DNA from: Candidatus Kapaibacterium sp.
GTDB lineage: Bacteria > Patescibacteriota > Patescibacteriia > UBA9934
Direction: 5' to 3'
Assembly: GCA_044350705.1 (NCBI GenBank)
Contig: JBILHA010000001.1
Coordinates: forward strand, 113,809-177,808
DNA: 64,000 bases
Of this stretch, positions 1 through 9,282 are shown piece after piece (position 1 is the first letter of the stretch; each line of letters begins with the position of its first letter). Below the pieces are notes generated by a model that saw only the letters and a program-made list of their open reading frames with translations, did not search any database and was not told the DNA's origin. A program made the translations under genes and the position numbers.

Positions 1-1
1 T

Positions 2-271
2 TTGCGTGCACTTCTTGCGGCAGGGCATCCGGTTCTTGTTCCTGCGTATGGGAGAGCGTTAGGAAATCCCTTTTTCACGGGAGAGGGACCTCTTTATCAC
101 ATGCTCGTTTTGCGTGGATATACTCCCACCTCCTTTATTGCGAATGATCCAGGAACTCGTCACGGAGAAAATTATCAGTATCCCATTGAAACGCTTATGC
201 AGGCAATTGGAGATTGGGATGGCGATAGTCCTGATGGCGGATCGCGTGTGATGATTTTTGATCGTAAATAG
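2..271 (+). CDS. hypothetical protein, 5'-truncated at window edge
   Basis: Open frame entering from the window edge and ending at TAA 269-271. No motif recognised. Confidence 0.4.
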   Translation: MRALLAAGHPVLVPAYGRALGNPFFTGEGPLYHMLVLRGYTPTSFIANDPGTRHGENYQYPIETLMQAIGDWDGDSPDGGSRVMIFDRK

Positions 272-272
272 T

Positions 273-1484
273 ATGCCCCCGCTCTTGTCGGTGCAGCAGT
301 TTCTTACGCTTGTGAACGATACGCTCGGCATGATTCCGTGCGGAGCATTTATGATTGAGGGGGAGGTCGCTGAATACAAAGTAGCCCAAGGCAAGTGGAT
401 TAATTTTTATTTGAAAGATGAGGAGGCGGATGTGCGCATGCCTTGTTTTGCGACGGTTTTCAAAGGACTTCCCACGCTTACTGACGGTATGCGGGTGCGA
501 GTAACGGGATTCGCAACGGTGTTTGCGCGTTTTGGAAAATTTTCCCTTAACGTTGAAACTGCAGAGCCAGTCGGAGAAGGGGCGCTGCAGAAGGCGTATC
601 TTGCACTGAAGGCTAAATTAGAAGCAGAAGGTGTTTTTGATGGGGATAGAAAAAGAGTTTTACCCTCTTTCCCTCAACGTATTGGCATTATTACTTCCCG
701 TGAAGCCGCAGCTTTTGGAGATTTCTTGCGCGTTCTTCGAGATCGCATGGGTGGTCTGACGCTTATTCATGCCGATGTGCATGTGCAGGGGCAGTATGCG
801 GTTGATGAAATTGTTGAAGCGTTTCGTGCATTTAATGCCCTCCCTCAAGAAGAGCGTCCTGAAGTGCTTGTGCTTACTCGTGGAGGAGGAAGTTTTGAGG
901 AATTGCATGCGTTTAATGATGAGCGCGTGGTGCGTGCGGTATTTTCTTCTCGTATCCCTGTCATGGTAGGGGTGGGGCATGAGCGCGATGAAACGTTGTG
1001 TGATTTTGTCGCAGATGTTCGAGCTTCTACCCCTTCCAACGCCGCTGAACGCATTATCCCTCGTCGTGAAGATCTTTTGCAGGATATAGCGCACATGACG
1101 ACGACTATGGATACTCGTTTGTCTCGCATGCTTATGCATTGCAAGTCCCATATTGAGCGGAGTATCTTGGTATTTGATCATGCGTTTGTTGGTCTTCGCG
1201 AACGATTGGATTATTTGCGTGAACAGCTTTCCCGATCCTTGCTTGTAGCTCTTGAAAGAACACGTGCAATACTTACTTCTCATGCGCGTTTTTTGGAAGG
1301 TGTCAATCCTACTGCGGTGCTTGCACGTGGGTACGCTATTGTCCGAGGAGGTAAGGGCGATTTGGTCCGTACCTCTTCTGTAGTTGCAGTCGGAGAGACT
1401 CTTTCGGTACAATTTGCAAAAGATAGTATTCGCGTAGAGGTTTTAGAAGATTCCCGAAAAATTGGTCAAAAACGTCTTTGGTAA
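273..1484 (+). CDS. xseA: exodeoxyribonuclease VII large subunit
   Basis: OB-fold N-terminus followed by the catalytic core (RGGGSxEEL...GHERD), typical of XseA. The ORF-track start at 258 is TTG; the ATG at 273 (MPPLLSVQQF) is the preferred start. xseB follows immediately. Confidence 0.8.
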   Translation: MPPLLSVQQFLTLVNDTLGMIPCGAFMIEGEVAEYKVAQGKWINFYLKDEEADVRMPCFATVFKGLPTLTDGMRVRVTGFATVFARFGKFSLNVETAEPVGEGALQKAYLALKAKLEAEGVFDGDRKRVLPSFPQRIGIITSREAAAFGDFLRVLRDRMGGLTLIHADVHVQGQYAVDEIVEAFRAFNALPQEERPEVLVLTRGGGSFEELHAFNDERVVRAVFSSRIPVMVGVGHERDETLCDFVADVRASTPSNAAERIIPRREDLLQDIAHMTTTMDTRLSRMLMHCKSHIERSILVFDHAFVGLRERLDYLREQLSRSLLVALERTRAILTSHARFLEGVNPTAVLARGYAIVRGGKGDLVRTSSVVAVGETLSVQFAKDSIRVEVLEDSRKIGQKRLW

Positions 1485-1487
1485 TGT

Positions 1488-1721
1488 ATGGCATCAAAAA
1501 AACAAGCCCCTTTTGCAGAGCAATTTTCAGAGCTTGAAGAGATTACTCGGTGGTTTGAACGCGGAGATGTAGATTTGGACGAGGGTCTCAAGAAATATGA
1601 GCGCGGTTTAGCGCTCGCAGCTTTATGTAAAGATCGTTTGCGAGAGATCGAAAATACCGTCGTTGCCCTTAAGAAGCAATATTCTGCTGAGCCTTCGGAA
1701 GATTCTGGTACACTTCTGTAA
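1488..1721 (+). CDS. xseB: exodeoxyribonuclease VII small subunit
   Basis: 77-aa helical protein directly downstream of xseA (FEQxxxELEEIxxxLExGxxxLDE...YxxGxxL), the conserved XseB pattern. Confidence 0.8.
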   Translation: MASKKQAPFAEQFSELEEITRWFERGDVDLDEGLKKYERGLALAALCKDRLREIENTVVALKKQYSAEPSEDSGTLL

Positions 1722-1740
1722 ACTCTTTCCCGAACCCTTT

Positions 1741-2100
1741 ATGAAGCTTCTTCTTCGCTGGTTCATCAATGCGGTTGCTCTTCTTGCGGCGACGCAAATT
1801 ATTTCAGGATTCCAGGTTGATTCTTTTTATGCAGCACTGATCGCTGCGCTTGTTCTTGGACTTCTTAATGCGCTTGTTCGTCCGCTCCTTCTTTTGCTTA
1901 CTTTGCCACTTACGATTGTTACGCTCGGTCTCTTCACCTTTGTGATCAATGCGCTCATGGTGTGGTTTATGAGCTCGTTTGTGAAGGGTGTAGAGGTTGC
2001 CGGTTTCTGGCCGGCGCTTATGGTAAGTTTAATCTTGTGGGCAGTGGGTACTCTTACGAATGCAGCTCTTCATTCTCCTGATGAACAAGCTCCTCGATGA
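1741..2100 (+). CDS. phage-holin-family / DUF360-like small membrane protein
   Basis: About 120 aa with 3-4 TM helices (MKLLLRWFINAVALLAATQIISGF...). Start moved to the ATG at 1741, inside the ORF-track frame that begins at 1663. Confidence 0.5.
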   Translation: MKLLLRWFINAVALLAATQIISGFQVDSFYAALIAALVLGLLNALVRPLLLLLTLPLTIVTLGLFTFVINALMVWFMSSFVKGVEVAGFWPALMVSLILWAVGTLTNAALHSPDEQAPR

Positions 2101-2129
2101 TTCGAGGAGCTTTTCTTATCCTCTTTCTT

Positions 2130-2819
2130 ATGGCGTTACATGTGATTTCGGTAGGTGGCTCCCTCATTGTTCCTCAGGATAAGCCAAATGCGCAATTCCT
2201 CTCTTCTCTGCGGGATGTACTTTCGGGGTTTGTGATGCGAGGTGATAAATTTGTTTTGGTGACTGGGGGAGGAAAAACTGCTCGGGTTTATATTGATGCC
2301 GCACAAAGTGTTACTGAGCTTGTCAATGATGATTTGGATTGGTTGGGTATTCATGCGACGCGATTAAATGGACATTTGCTTCGGACTATTTTTCGCGACG
2401 TTGCTCATCCGGTAGTTATTAAACATCCTCCTGCTACCCCGTTTATGCAGGATTGGAAGGGAAGTGTGCTTGTTGCTGCAGGATGGAAGCCGGGAAGGAG
2501 TACGGATTACGTTGCTTGTCGTATTGCTAAGCGTTTAGGGGCGAAAACGGTCATCAATCTTTCAAATATTGCCAAGGTGTATACCGGTGATCCTAAAAAA
2601 GATCCTGCTGCAAAGCCGCGTGATAAAATGACCTGGAAAGAGTATCGAAAAATGGTTGGGAATACTTGGAGTCCTGGACTTTCTGCTCCTTTTGATCCGG
2701 TCGCTTCCCGTTTTTGTCAGAAGAATGGTATTCGAGCGGTCATTATGGGCGGAATGCGCATGGAACCGCTTCTTGAATATCTCACAACAGGGAAAGGCGA
2801 AGGAACTGTTCTTTACTAG
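2130..2819 (+). CDS. pyrH: amino-acid-kinase-family protein, archaeal-type UMP kinase-like
   Basis: ISVGGSLIV...VLVTGGGKTARVYIDAA fits the archaeal/short UMP kinase fold. Start placed at M12 (ATG 2130). Confidence 0.55.
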   Translation: MALHVISVGGSLIVPQDKPNAQFLSSLRDVLSGFVMRGDKFVLVTGGGKTARVYIDAAQSVTELVNDDLDWLGIHATRLNGHLLRTIFRDVAHPVVIKHPPATPFMQDWKGSVLVAAGWKPGRSTDYVACRIAKRLGAKTVINLSNIAKVYTGDPKKDPAAKPRDKMTWKEYRKMVGNTWSPGLSAPFDPVASRFCQKNGIRAVIMGGMRMEPLLEYLTTGKGEGTVLY

Positions 2820-2924
2820 CTATTTTTGTTTTTCTGTGGATAACATTTGCAGAGAAAAAGGTGCTATGTTACGTTGGAAATGTATCCCAGGGCCGAACTT
2901 TATTCACCCTTAACCACTACCTCT

Positions 2925-3185
2925 ATGATGAATATTCTTTTGTGGATCATTCTTGGAGCTGTTGCAGGTTGGGTTGCTTCCATCATCATGAAAACGGATG
3001 CACAACAGGGAGCGCTTGGAAATATCGTTGTCGGTATCGTTGGTGCAGTATTGGGCGGATGGGCGATGAGTATCTTTGGTGAGCCGGGAGTAACGGGCTT
3101 CAATCTTTACAGCTTCTTTGTTGCATTGCTTGGCGCGGTTATTCTCCTTGCTATCGTGCGTGCCTTTCGACGGGCCGCCGCATAA
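2925..3185 (+). CDS. GlsB/YeaQ/YmgE-family transglycosylase-associated membrane protein
   Basis: 86-aa protein with glycine-zipper TM helices (MNILLWIILGAVAGWVASIIM...GNIVVGIVGAVLGGW). Confidence 0.7.
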   Translation: MMNILLWIILGAVAGWVASIIMKTDAQQGALGNIVVGIVGAVLGGWAMSIFGEPGVTGFNLYSFFVALLGAVILLAIVRAFRRAAA

Positions 3186-3263
3186 GGAAAGTTCTTTTCA
3201 ACAATTCGCCTGGATACCAAAAAAGAGGGAAAACCCTCTTTTTTGTTTGTTCGGGGCAAATTA

Positions 3264-3292
3264 TTGACTTAAAGCGGGCTTTCGGCTATTCT
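3264..3292 (+). promoter_or_regulatory. sigma70-like promoter of the rplJ-rplL operon
   Basis: TTGACT-17 nt-TATTCT about 230 nt upstream of rplJ. Confidence 0.4.
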
Positions 3293-3518
3293 TTTGCTAC
3301 CATCGAAATTCGCAGACGCCGGGATGTGTAGAGAAAATACACGTAATACCCGCCGAGAATTCTCGATCCCTTCCTCTTCTTATCGTCGAGGTCGGGACGT
3401 GAAGGCGACCATTTCAGGTGGCCGTTTGTTTTTTAAAGGTCGATCCCCCTTCGCTCTTTATTGAGCTTCAGAGGGATAATATCCTGATGCACAACAGGTA
3501 AAAAGTGCATATTGCATT
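3293..3518 (+). promoter_or_regulatory. ribosomal protein L10 leader (autoregulatory 5'-UTR) with internal attenuator hairpin
   Basis: Long untranslated leader before rplJ. Contains the hairpin GGCGACC...GGTGGCC followed by GTTTGTTTTTT (3404-3434), consistent with L10(L12)4-mediated attenuation. Confidence 0.4.
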
Positions 3519-4043
3519 ATGGCAAAAACACGCGCACAAAAGACAGAGGTGGTTGCAAAGATCACTGATCGCTTGAAGCGTATGAAAGGCGCTGCATTCT
3601 CCCAGGCGGTGGGTTACACCATGGAAGATGCGGACAAGCTCCGTGCGAAGGCTGCAGAAAAGAATGTTGATGTATTCGTTGCGAAGAAGACTTTACTTGC
3701 TCTTGCTGCGAAAGAAGCAGGGGTAACAGGAGTTGATCGCGATGCGCTCGATGGTTCTGTGCTCGTCGCTGTTTCGTACAGTGATGAAGTAGCTGCGGCA
3801 AAACTTTTGAAAGATCTCTCAAAAGAAAAAGAGACGATCAAAATGTTGGCCGGTGTCCTTGAAGGAAAGTTTGTTGGAGAAAGTGAAGTAAAGCGTTTGG
3901 CTGATCTTCCTTCCAAAGAACAACTTCTCGGCCAGTTGGTTGGTACGATCAATGCTCCAGTTTCCGGCTTTGTTAATGTTTTGGCAGGAAACTTGCGAGG
4001 TCTTGTTACGGCTCTTAAGGCGGTACAAGAAAAGAAAGCTTAA
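3519..4043 (+). CDS. rplJ: 50S ribosomal protein L10
   Basis: 174 aa, conserved L10 N-terminus, directly followed by rplL. Confidence 0.9.
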   Translation: MAKTRAQKTEVVAKITDRLKRMKGAAFSQAVGYTMEDADKLRAKAAEKNVDVFVAKKTLLALAAKEAGVTGVDRDALDGSVLVAVSYSDEVAAAKLLKDLSKEKETIKMLAGVLEGKFVGESEVKRLADLPSKEQLLGQLVGTINAPVSGFVNVLAGNLRGLVTALKAVQEKKA

Positions 4044-4061
4044 TTATCTCTAAATACTCCT

Positions 4062-4469
4062 ATGTCTGAAGAAATGAAGAACGTCGAGGTACCTGCAAAG
4101 TTCCAGGCACTCGTCGAATCCATCGAAAAGATGTCCGTTCTTGATCTCGCAGAACTTGTAAAGGTTCTCGAAGATAAGTTCGGCGTATCCGCAGCAGCTC
4201 CTGCCATGATGATGGCAGCTCCTGCAGCAGGTGCAGCAGGTGCTGCGGCTGAAGAAAAGTCCTCTTTCACCGTTGAGATCACCTCCGCTGGTGAGAACAA
4301 GATCAACGTTATCAAGGCTGTTCGTGAGCTCACTGGCCTTGGTCTTAAGGAAGCAAAGGACATCGTTGATGCTGCTCCAAAGGCAGTAAAGGAAAATGCT
4401 CCTAAGGCAGAAGCAGAAGACATGAAGTCCAAGCTTGAAGCTGCAGGTGCAACGGTAACCTTGAAGTAA
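4062..4469 (+). CDS. rplL: 50S ribosomal protein L7/L12
   Basis: N-terminal dimerisation helix, Ala/Pro-rich hinge ([19 protein letters not shown]) and conserved C-terminal domain ([24 protein letters not shown]...). Confidence 0.92.
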   Translation: MSEEMKNVEVPAKFQALVESIEKMSVLDLAELVKVLEDKFGVSAAAPAMMMAAPAAGAAGAAAEEKSSFTVEITSAGENKINVIKAVRELTGLGLKEAKDIVDAAPKAVKENAPKAEAEDMKSKLEAAGATVTLK

Positions 4470-4484
4470 TTCTTTGGTCCGTTG

Positions 4485-4521
4485 AAAAAATCCTCTCGGC
4501 ATATGCTGAGAGGATTTTTTT
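4485..4521. terminator. bidirectional rho-independent terminator
   Basis: AAAAAATCCTCTC-GGCATATGC-TGAGAGGATTTTTTT between convergent rplL and the 4520..6640(-) gene. Confidence 0.7.
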
Positions 4522-6640
4522 ATCGTACAAGGTGGTTTGGGGTAAATTGAAAGAGGGCATTTTTTGTGAGTACGGAAAGTGTATTTGTTGTTTCATCTAC
4601 GGAAAGAGCAATTCCTTGCGTGAAGTCTTTGCTGACATATTGCGCTATGATTGCTCCGTTTGTTTTATTCACGACGAGAATTCGATTATTTTGTGGATCC
4701 AGGATGGTGAGTTCTTCAGATTCGGGGGTGGTGAAGATATCTACCGGATTATTTAATGGCGTATTGAGTTGCCCGAGCGTCCAAGATTGTTCTTTTCCTG
4801 AGAAAAAGACCCGTACATTGTCTTTTGTTAATACATAGATGCTCCCATCGATCGCGAGTGCTTTTGCATCGGTGATGTCATTTGACCGTGCGGTAATCCA
4901 CGGTGTTCCTGCTTCATACCCGTCGCCCTGCGGGCGCATTCGTACGATTTGCTGGTCTGCCGCTACCAATACGTAGAGTGTTCCGTTGTAAAGGAAAAGG
5001 TCTTCCGCGCTTTTTAAGCCGTCCACTCCACTGACCAGGGGATTGAGTGTTTGCGTGGTGCTTGTATATCGTGCGAGACGGTTTGTGCTATCGATGATGA
5101 GGGCGGATGATTCATTTTCTGTAGCGGCAATTTTTGGCGCTGCGACTACACCGGCGGTTACGGGTTGTAACTCCCATGCTGCATTTAATCCGTTAAACCG
5201 GAAGACTTCTCGTTCAGGAGTAAAGAGATAGGCGCTTGTTGCTATTGCACCTGCTGCGCTTTCCTTGGTATCAGGAAGGGATCCTAAGCGAGTGGGTGAA
5301 ACTCTGGTAATTCCCTGCGATTTTTCTTGCAGCAGTACCATTTTTTCTTTTGTAAGATTATATATTTCTTCTTGTTCGGTGTTTTTTGCTGTAGTTTGCG
5401 TAAGGAGCGTTTCTGCAGCTTGTATGGCCTGGGTTGCACCTGCAGTGTTGTTATAGATGAGGCTTCCCTCTGCTTGCGCGATATATTCTTCTACTTTTTG
5501 AATATTTGTACTAAATTCTTGCATTTGGTTTTCTTGCGCTGCTGAGTTTCTATAGAGGTAAAGGCCGCCTCCTGTGGCGAGCATGAGTGTTCCTGTGAGT
5601 AAGATTAGGGCGAGAGGAGATGCGGTTGCTTGGGATAGTGCTTTTGTGAAAGCGTTGTTTTGGGAGGTGTTGCGACTCCCTCGACCTCCTTTCTTTGCAA
5701 AAGATTTTTTTATCAGTGCGACTAAATTTCCCAAGAGATACGCTGTTGTTTTTCCTATTTTTCTTATTCCCTTTCCTGTTATTTCCCCTGTTCTTGCAAG
5801 GAGCGCTTGAGCATCTGTGCGTCCCATCCAGGAAGGTTGCGCAGGAAGAGGAGCTTCTTTTTTTTGTACGGCTCTTTCTCCCAGGACCTCCGCAGTACGT
5901 TCTTGGGTTTTTTGCAGCATGTCCAGAGATCCGAGGGGGTTTACCCGGAGATTCGTAACTCTTTCCTTGCTGCTTACTTGGATTGCGACTCCTGCGAATG
6001 GCATTGCGGGTGGGATGAAGCCTTCTAGTCGTTCAAGCGCTCCTTTTGCGGGGAGCGTCACGAGAATATCTTGGAGGGTTGCTGCAGAAAGGAGATTGGG
6101 AGGGATGTGAGTTGCGACATAAAAAACGTCTCCTTCACTGAGTTCTCCGTCGAGTACTACGCTGCATGGCTTTTCCCATGTTCCGGTTTCTTCGCCCAGT
6201 TGTGTATGCAGTTCATAAATGCTAAAGCGGCGGTCTGCGGTTTTATGAAGAAAGAGTGCGAGGAGATTTCCGAATCCTGAGAGGAAGAGTTGATTTTTTG
6301 CGCAAACAGCGAAAATCGCATGGCACTTTTCTTTTTTAAGCTCTAACTCTGGACCAAGACGGGCGAAGTCATCGTTGAGACGGGCGAGCATGTGCTCAAA
6401 TGCCCGCGCAGGGTTTTGGTCATTTCGTACGGTGTGCGCAACGTGTTCTATATGCTGCGCGCACATGAGAAAAAGCTTTTCTCGAATCTCTTCATGCGGA
6501 GATTCTATGCCTACTACGCAAAAAACCGCACCATGATCTTGGTGAAGGCTTCGAAGGATACTTCGAGCTTCTGCATCGCTTCGACTTCTCCGGACGGTGA
6601 GGTCTGCGAGCTTGAGGGGGAAGGGGTTTGGGGTACGCAT
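4520..6640 (-). CDS. large hypothetical membrane protein (706 aa)
   Basis: Uninterrupted 706-aa frame. Central TM helix (LALILLTGTLMLATGGGLYLY) and a C-terminal repeat-rich region that may be a beta-propeller. Confidence 0.55.
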   Translation of the reverse strand: MRTPNPFPLKLADLTVRRSRSDAEARSILRSLHQDHGAVFCVVGIESPHEEIREKLFLMCAQHIEHVAHTVRNDQNPARAFEHMLARLNDDFARLGPELELKKEKCHAIFAVCAKNQLFLSGFGNLLALFLHKTADRRFSIYELHTQLGEETGTWEKPCSVVLDGELSEGDVFYVATHIPPNLLSAATLQDILVTLPAKGALERLEGFIPPAMPFAGVAIQVSSKERVTNLRVNPLGSLDMLQKTQERTAEVLGERAVQKKEAPLPAQPSWMGRTDAQALLARTGEITGKGIRKIGKTTAYLLGNLVALIKKSFAKKGGRGSRNTSQNNAFTKALSQATASPLALILLTGTLMLATGGGLYLYRNSAAQENQMQEFSTNIQKVEEYIAQAEGSLIYNNTAGATQAIQAAETLLTQTTAKNTEQEEIYNLTKEKMVLLQEKSQGITRVSPTRLGSLPDTKESAAGAIATSAYLFTPEREVFRFNGLNAAWELQPVTAGVVAAPKIAATENESSALIIDSTNRLARYTSTTQTLNPLVSGVDGLKSAEDLFLYNGTLYVLVAADQQIVRMRPQGDGYEAGTPWITARSNDITDAKALAIDGSIYVLTKDNVRVFFSGKEQSWTLGQLNTPLNNPVDIFTTPESEELTILDPQNNRILVVNKTNGAIIAQYVSKDFTQGIALSVDETTNTLSVLTKNALFQFTPNHLVR

Positions 6641-6692
6641 GTGGCGGTTTTTTGGTCTTTCACATACAGTATACTAAAATAAGGCAAACTTT

Positions 6693-7373
6693 TTGGAGAT
6701 TTCTTCTATGGAAGAGCGAGAACATTTCGAAGGTTCGCAAAAAAATGCAGAAGATACTGAGGAAATCCTTTTAGATGAAGGGAAAGATGGGCATTTTGAG
6801 ATTGAACAACTTTTTGGTTCACGTACCCGCGCCCGCCTTCTGGGTCTTTTTTTGGAGAACGCTGATCGTGCATTCTTTGTACGCGAAGTAGCGCGTCGTG
6901 TCGATGCCCAGTTAAATGCCGTACGTCGTGAGCTGAAGAATCTTTTAGATGTGGGCATTATTTTTGAGAGCGATGCGGCAGATGGGGAAAAAGGAGAAAA
7001 GAAAAAGTTTTATCAGGCTAATACCACCTTTCCCCTCTTTGAAGATCTCCGCAATGTCATGCGTAAGGTTGGCATTCTCATGAATAAATCATTAGTGGAA
7101 GGTCTTCAGAAAGAGGGTGAGCTTCATCTCGTGCTTCTTACCGGTCGTTTTGTCGATGCTCCTGCAATTCTTACGGACGTACTCATTGTCAGTACTTGTA
7201 CACCAGAAGTCGTCGCAGCTGCGATTGCTGATTTTGAACGAGACTTGGGAAGGGAAGTAAACTACACCTCTCTTACCCTCGATGAGTATCGTTATCGGCA
7301 AGATGTGGGTGATCGTTTTCTTCAGACTATTTTTCAGGAAAAGCATGCTTTCCTTTTTGGTGATTCTGTATGA
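6693..7373 (+). CDS. hypothetical protein with predicted winged-helix region
   Basis: 226-aa ORF. GSRTRARLLGLFLEN...FFVREVARRV resembles a wHTH. Confidence 0.45.
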   Translation: MEISSMEEREHFEGSQKNAEDTEEILLDEGKDGHFEIEQLFGSRTRARLLGLFLENADRAFFVREVARRVDAQLNAVRRELKNLLDVGIIFESDAADGEKGEKKKFYQANTTFPLFEDLRNVMRKVGILMNKSLVEGLQKEGELHLVLLTGRFVDAPAILTDVLIVSTCTPEVVAAAIADFERDLGREVNYTSLTLDEYRYRQDVGDRFLQTIFQEKHAFLFGDSV

Positions 7374-7780
7374 TGTTGTGTATCGATGGTTCGGAAATAT
7401 CCGCGCTCGTTCTTGCGCTTGGGTCGAGAGAGGGGGATGATCTTGTGGTTCATCAGGAAAAAGATTTTTCTCGTGTATTAGGAGATGAATTGAGCATTGT
7501 CCAGCAATTTTTAGTTGCTGCTGGGAAGGATCTTTCGGATATATTGGAGATTGGCGTCGTGCGAGAGGGGCGTTCCGCAGGGGCACTTCGGAGCGCGGTG
7601 AGTTTTGTTGATGCGTTTGCCATTGGGAGTGCGATGCAGGTATACGCGCTTCAGCGTCAGGAAGGCGTGTGGACTATTATTGATGGCCCCCGGCCTTATG
7701 TTCTTCCTTTGTATGATCGTCCAGCGCATACCACTCCTTCTCATAAAGATGCTTTAGGAAGATCGGGTCTAAAATTATGA
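7370..7780 (+). CDS. hypothetical protein
   Basis: 136-aa ORF with 4-nt overlaps at both ends (7370-7373 with 6693..7373; 7777-7780 with 7777..9282), which suggests translational coupling. Confidence 0.35.
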   Translation: MMLCIDGSEISALVLALGSREGDDLVVHQEKDFSRVLGDELSIVQQFLVAAGKDLSDILEIGVVREGRSAGALRSAVSFVDAFAIGSAMQVYALQRQEGVWTIIDGPRPYVLPLYDRPAHTTPSHKDALGRSGLKL

Positions 7781-9282
7781 CGAATGCTTTTGGTCAGTAT
7801 GGAAAGAATCGCTTTTGGGAGATTATTCCTGGCGCGCTTTCTTGGACCGTGATTCTCGGCACGCTCTTTCTTGCATTTTTCGCTCCTGAAGCGGCGATTG
7901 TTTTTATTATTTTGTTTGACCTCTACTGGATGCTCCGTGTTTTTTATTTTGTTATCCATGTAGGTGTTGCATATCGTCTTTATCGTAAAACTCTTGCAAC
8001 GGATTGGTGGAGTTTGGTGCAAAAGATGCCTGATCATGATCGTATTTATCATGTGGTCATGCTCCCTTTTTATCAAGAAGAGCTTCCTATTTTAGAAGAT
8101 GCCGTGAAGGCGCTTTTACAGAGTGCTTATCGTTCTGATCGCATGATCGTTGTTTTAGGAGGAGAGGCGCGTGCGGGAAATCATGCGGATGCCTGCGCTT
8201 CTGTGCTTATACAAAAATATGGAGATCGGTTTGCGGGTTTTTTTCATACCGTACATCCGGCCGATATTCCTGGGGAGATTGTTGGGAAGGGGTCGAATTT
8301 AAAATTCATGGCGGGTGCACTCAAACAGTGGATTGACGCGCGAGGTATCGCCTATGATGATATCGTTGTTTCTGCTTTTGACGTAGATACGGTGGCGCAC
8401 CCCCACTATTTCGCCAAACTCACCGAACTCTATTTAACCGTACCTGATCCCACCCGTACGTCATTCCAGCCTGTTACGGTTTTTAGTAATAACATTTGGA
8501 CTGCCAGTGCTCCCGTGCGTATTTCTGCTTTTGGAACCACGTTTTGGCTTCTTGGCGAACTTGTTCGTCCTGAGCGCATGTGGACCTTCTCTTCACACTC
8601 CATGCCTTGGCGGATGTTGGTAGATGTCGGCTTTTGGGAGCCTGATTTGGTGAGTGAAGACTCGCGCATTTTTATGCAAGGTTTTTTGCGATATGAAGGG
8701 AAATATCGTGTTACGCCTGTTTTTCTTCCCGCGGCAATGGATACCGTGGTAGGCGAGAGTTACTGGGAAGGTTTGCTCGCACTTTATAAGCAGCAACGTC
8801 GTTGGGCGTGGGGAGTTGAACATGTTCCTTATATGGTTGAGCAGTTTAAAAAGCATCCTCAAATTCCTTTTCGTACTAAGTTTAAATATCTTTTTAACCA
8901 CATTGAGGGCATGGTGACCTGGTCGACCGCTCCTATTATTATTTTTGTTCTCGGATATCTTCCTTTCCTTACTTTAGAAGGGCAGACCCAAAGTGCTCTT
9001 GTGGCGAATTCTCCTTTTACGCTCGAGTTCATGATGCGAGGAGCTACGCTCGGTGTTTTTCTTACGGGGGGGCTCAGTTTTATGTTCTTGCCCCCTCGTC
9101 CCGCGCATATCCGTCGTTCGCAATGGTTCATGATGTTTGCACAATGGCTTTTGCTCCCTGTAACCTTTATGCTCTTCGGGGCTTTTCCTGCGCTGGATGC
9201 CCAAACGCGCATGATGTTGGGAAAATATCTCGGCTTTAATGTTACGGCAAAATCGGCGGCTTCTCGTACTCACAATGTATGA
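7777..9282 (+). CDS. polytopic membrane protein, envelope biogenesis cluster
   Basis: 501 aa with multiple TM helices at both ends. First gene of an overlapping operon with two GT2 genes. Confidence 0.55.
   Translation: MTNAFGQYGKNRFWEIIPGALSWTVILGTLFLAFFAPEAAIVFIILFDLYWMLRVFYFVIHVGVAYRLYRKTLATDWWSLVQKMPDHDRIYHVVMLPFYQEELPILEDAVKALLQSAYRSDRMIVVLGGEARAGNHADACASVLIQKYGDRFAGFFHTVHPADIPGEIVGKGSNLKFMAGALKQWIDARGIAYDDIVVSAFDVDTVAHPHYFAKLTELYLTVPDPTRTSFQPVTVFSNNIWTASAPVRISAFGTTFWLLGELVRPERMWTFSSHSMPWRMLVDVGFWEPDLVSEDSRIFMQGFLRYEGKYRVTPVFLPAAMDTVVGESYWEGLLALYKQQRRWAWGVEHVPYMVEQFKKHPQIPFRTKFKYLFNHIEGMVTWSTAPIIIFVLGYLPFLTLEGQTQSALVANSPFTLEFMMRGATLGVFLTGGLSFMFLPPRPAHIRRSQWFMMFAQWLLLPVTFMLFGAFPALDAQTRMMLGKYLGFNVTAKSAASRTHNV

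Noticed and set aside
660-1412. Long antisense ORFs inside xseA, and similar shadow ORFs inside copA (27609..28897 +), the histidine kinase (46183..46773 +), glyQS (20476..20985 -) and mreB.
   Set aside because: They lie entirely within strongly supported genes on the other strand, have odd composition and no motifs.
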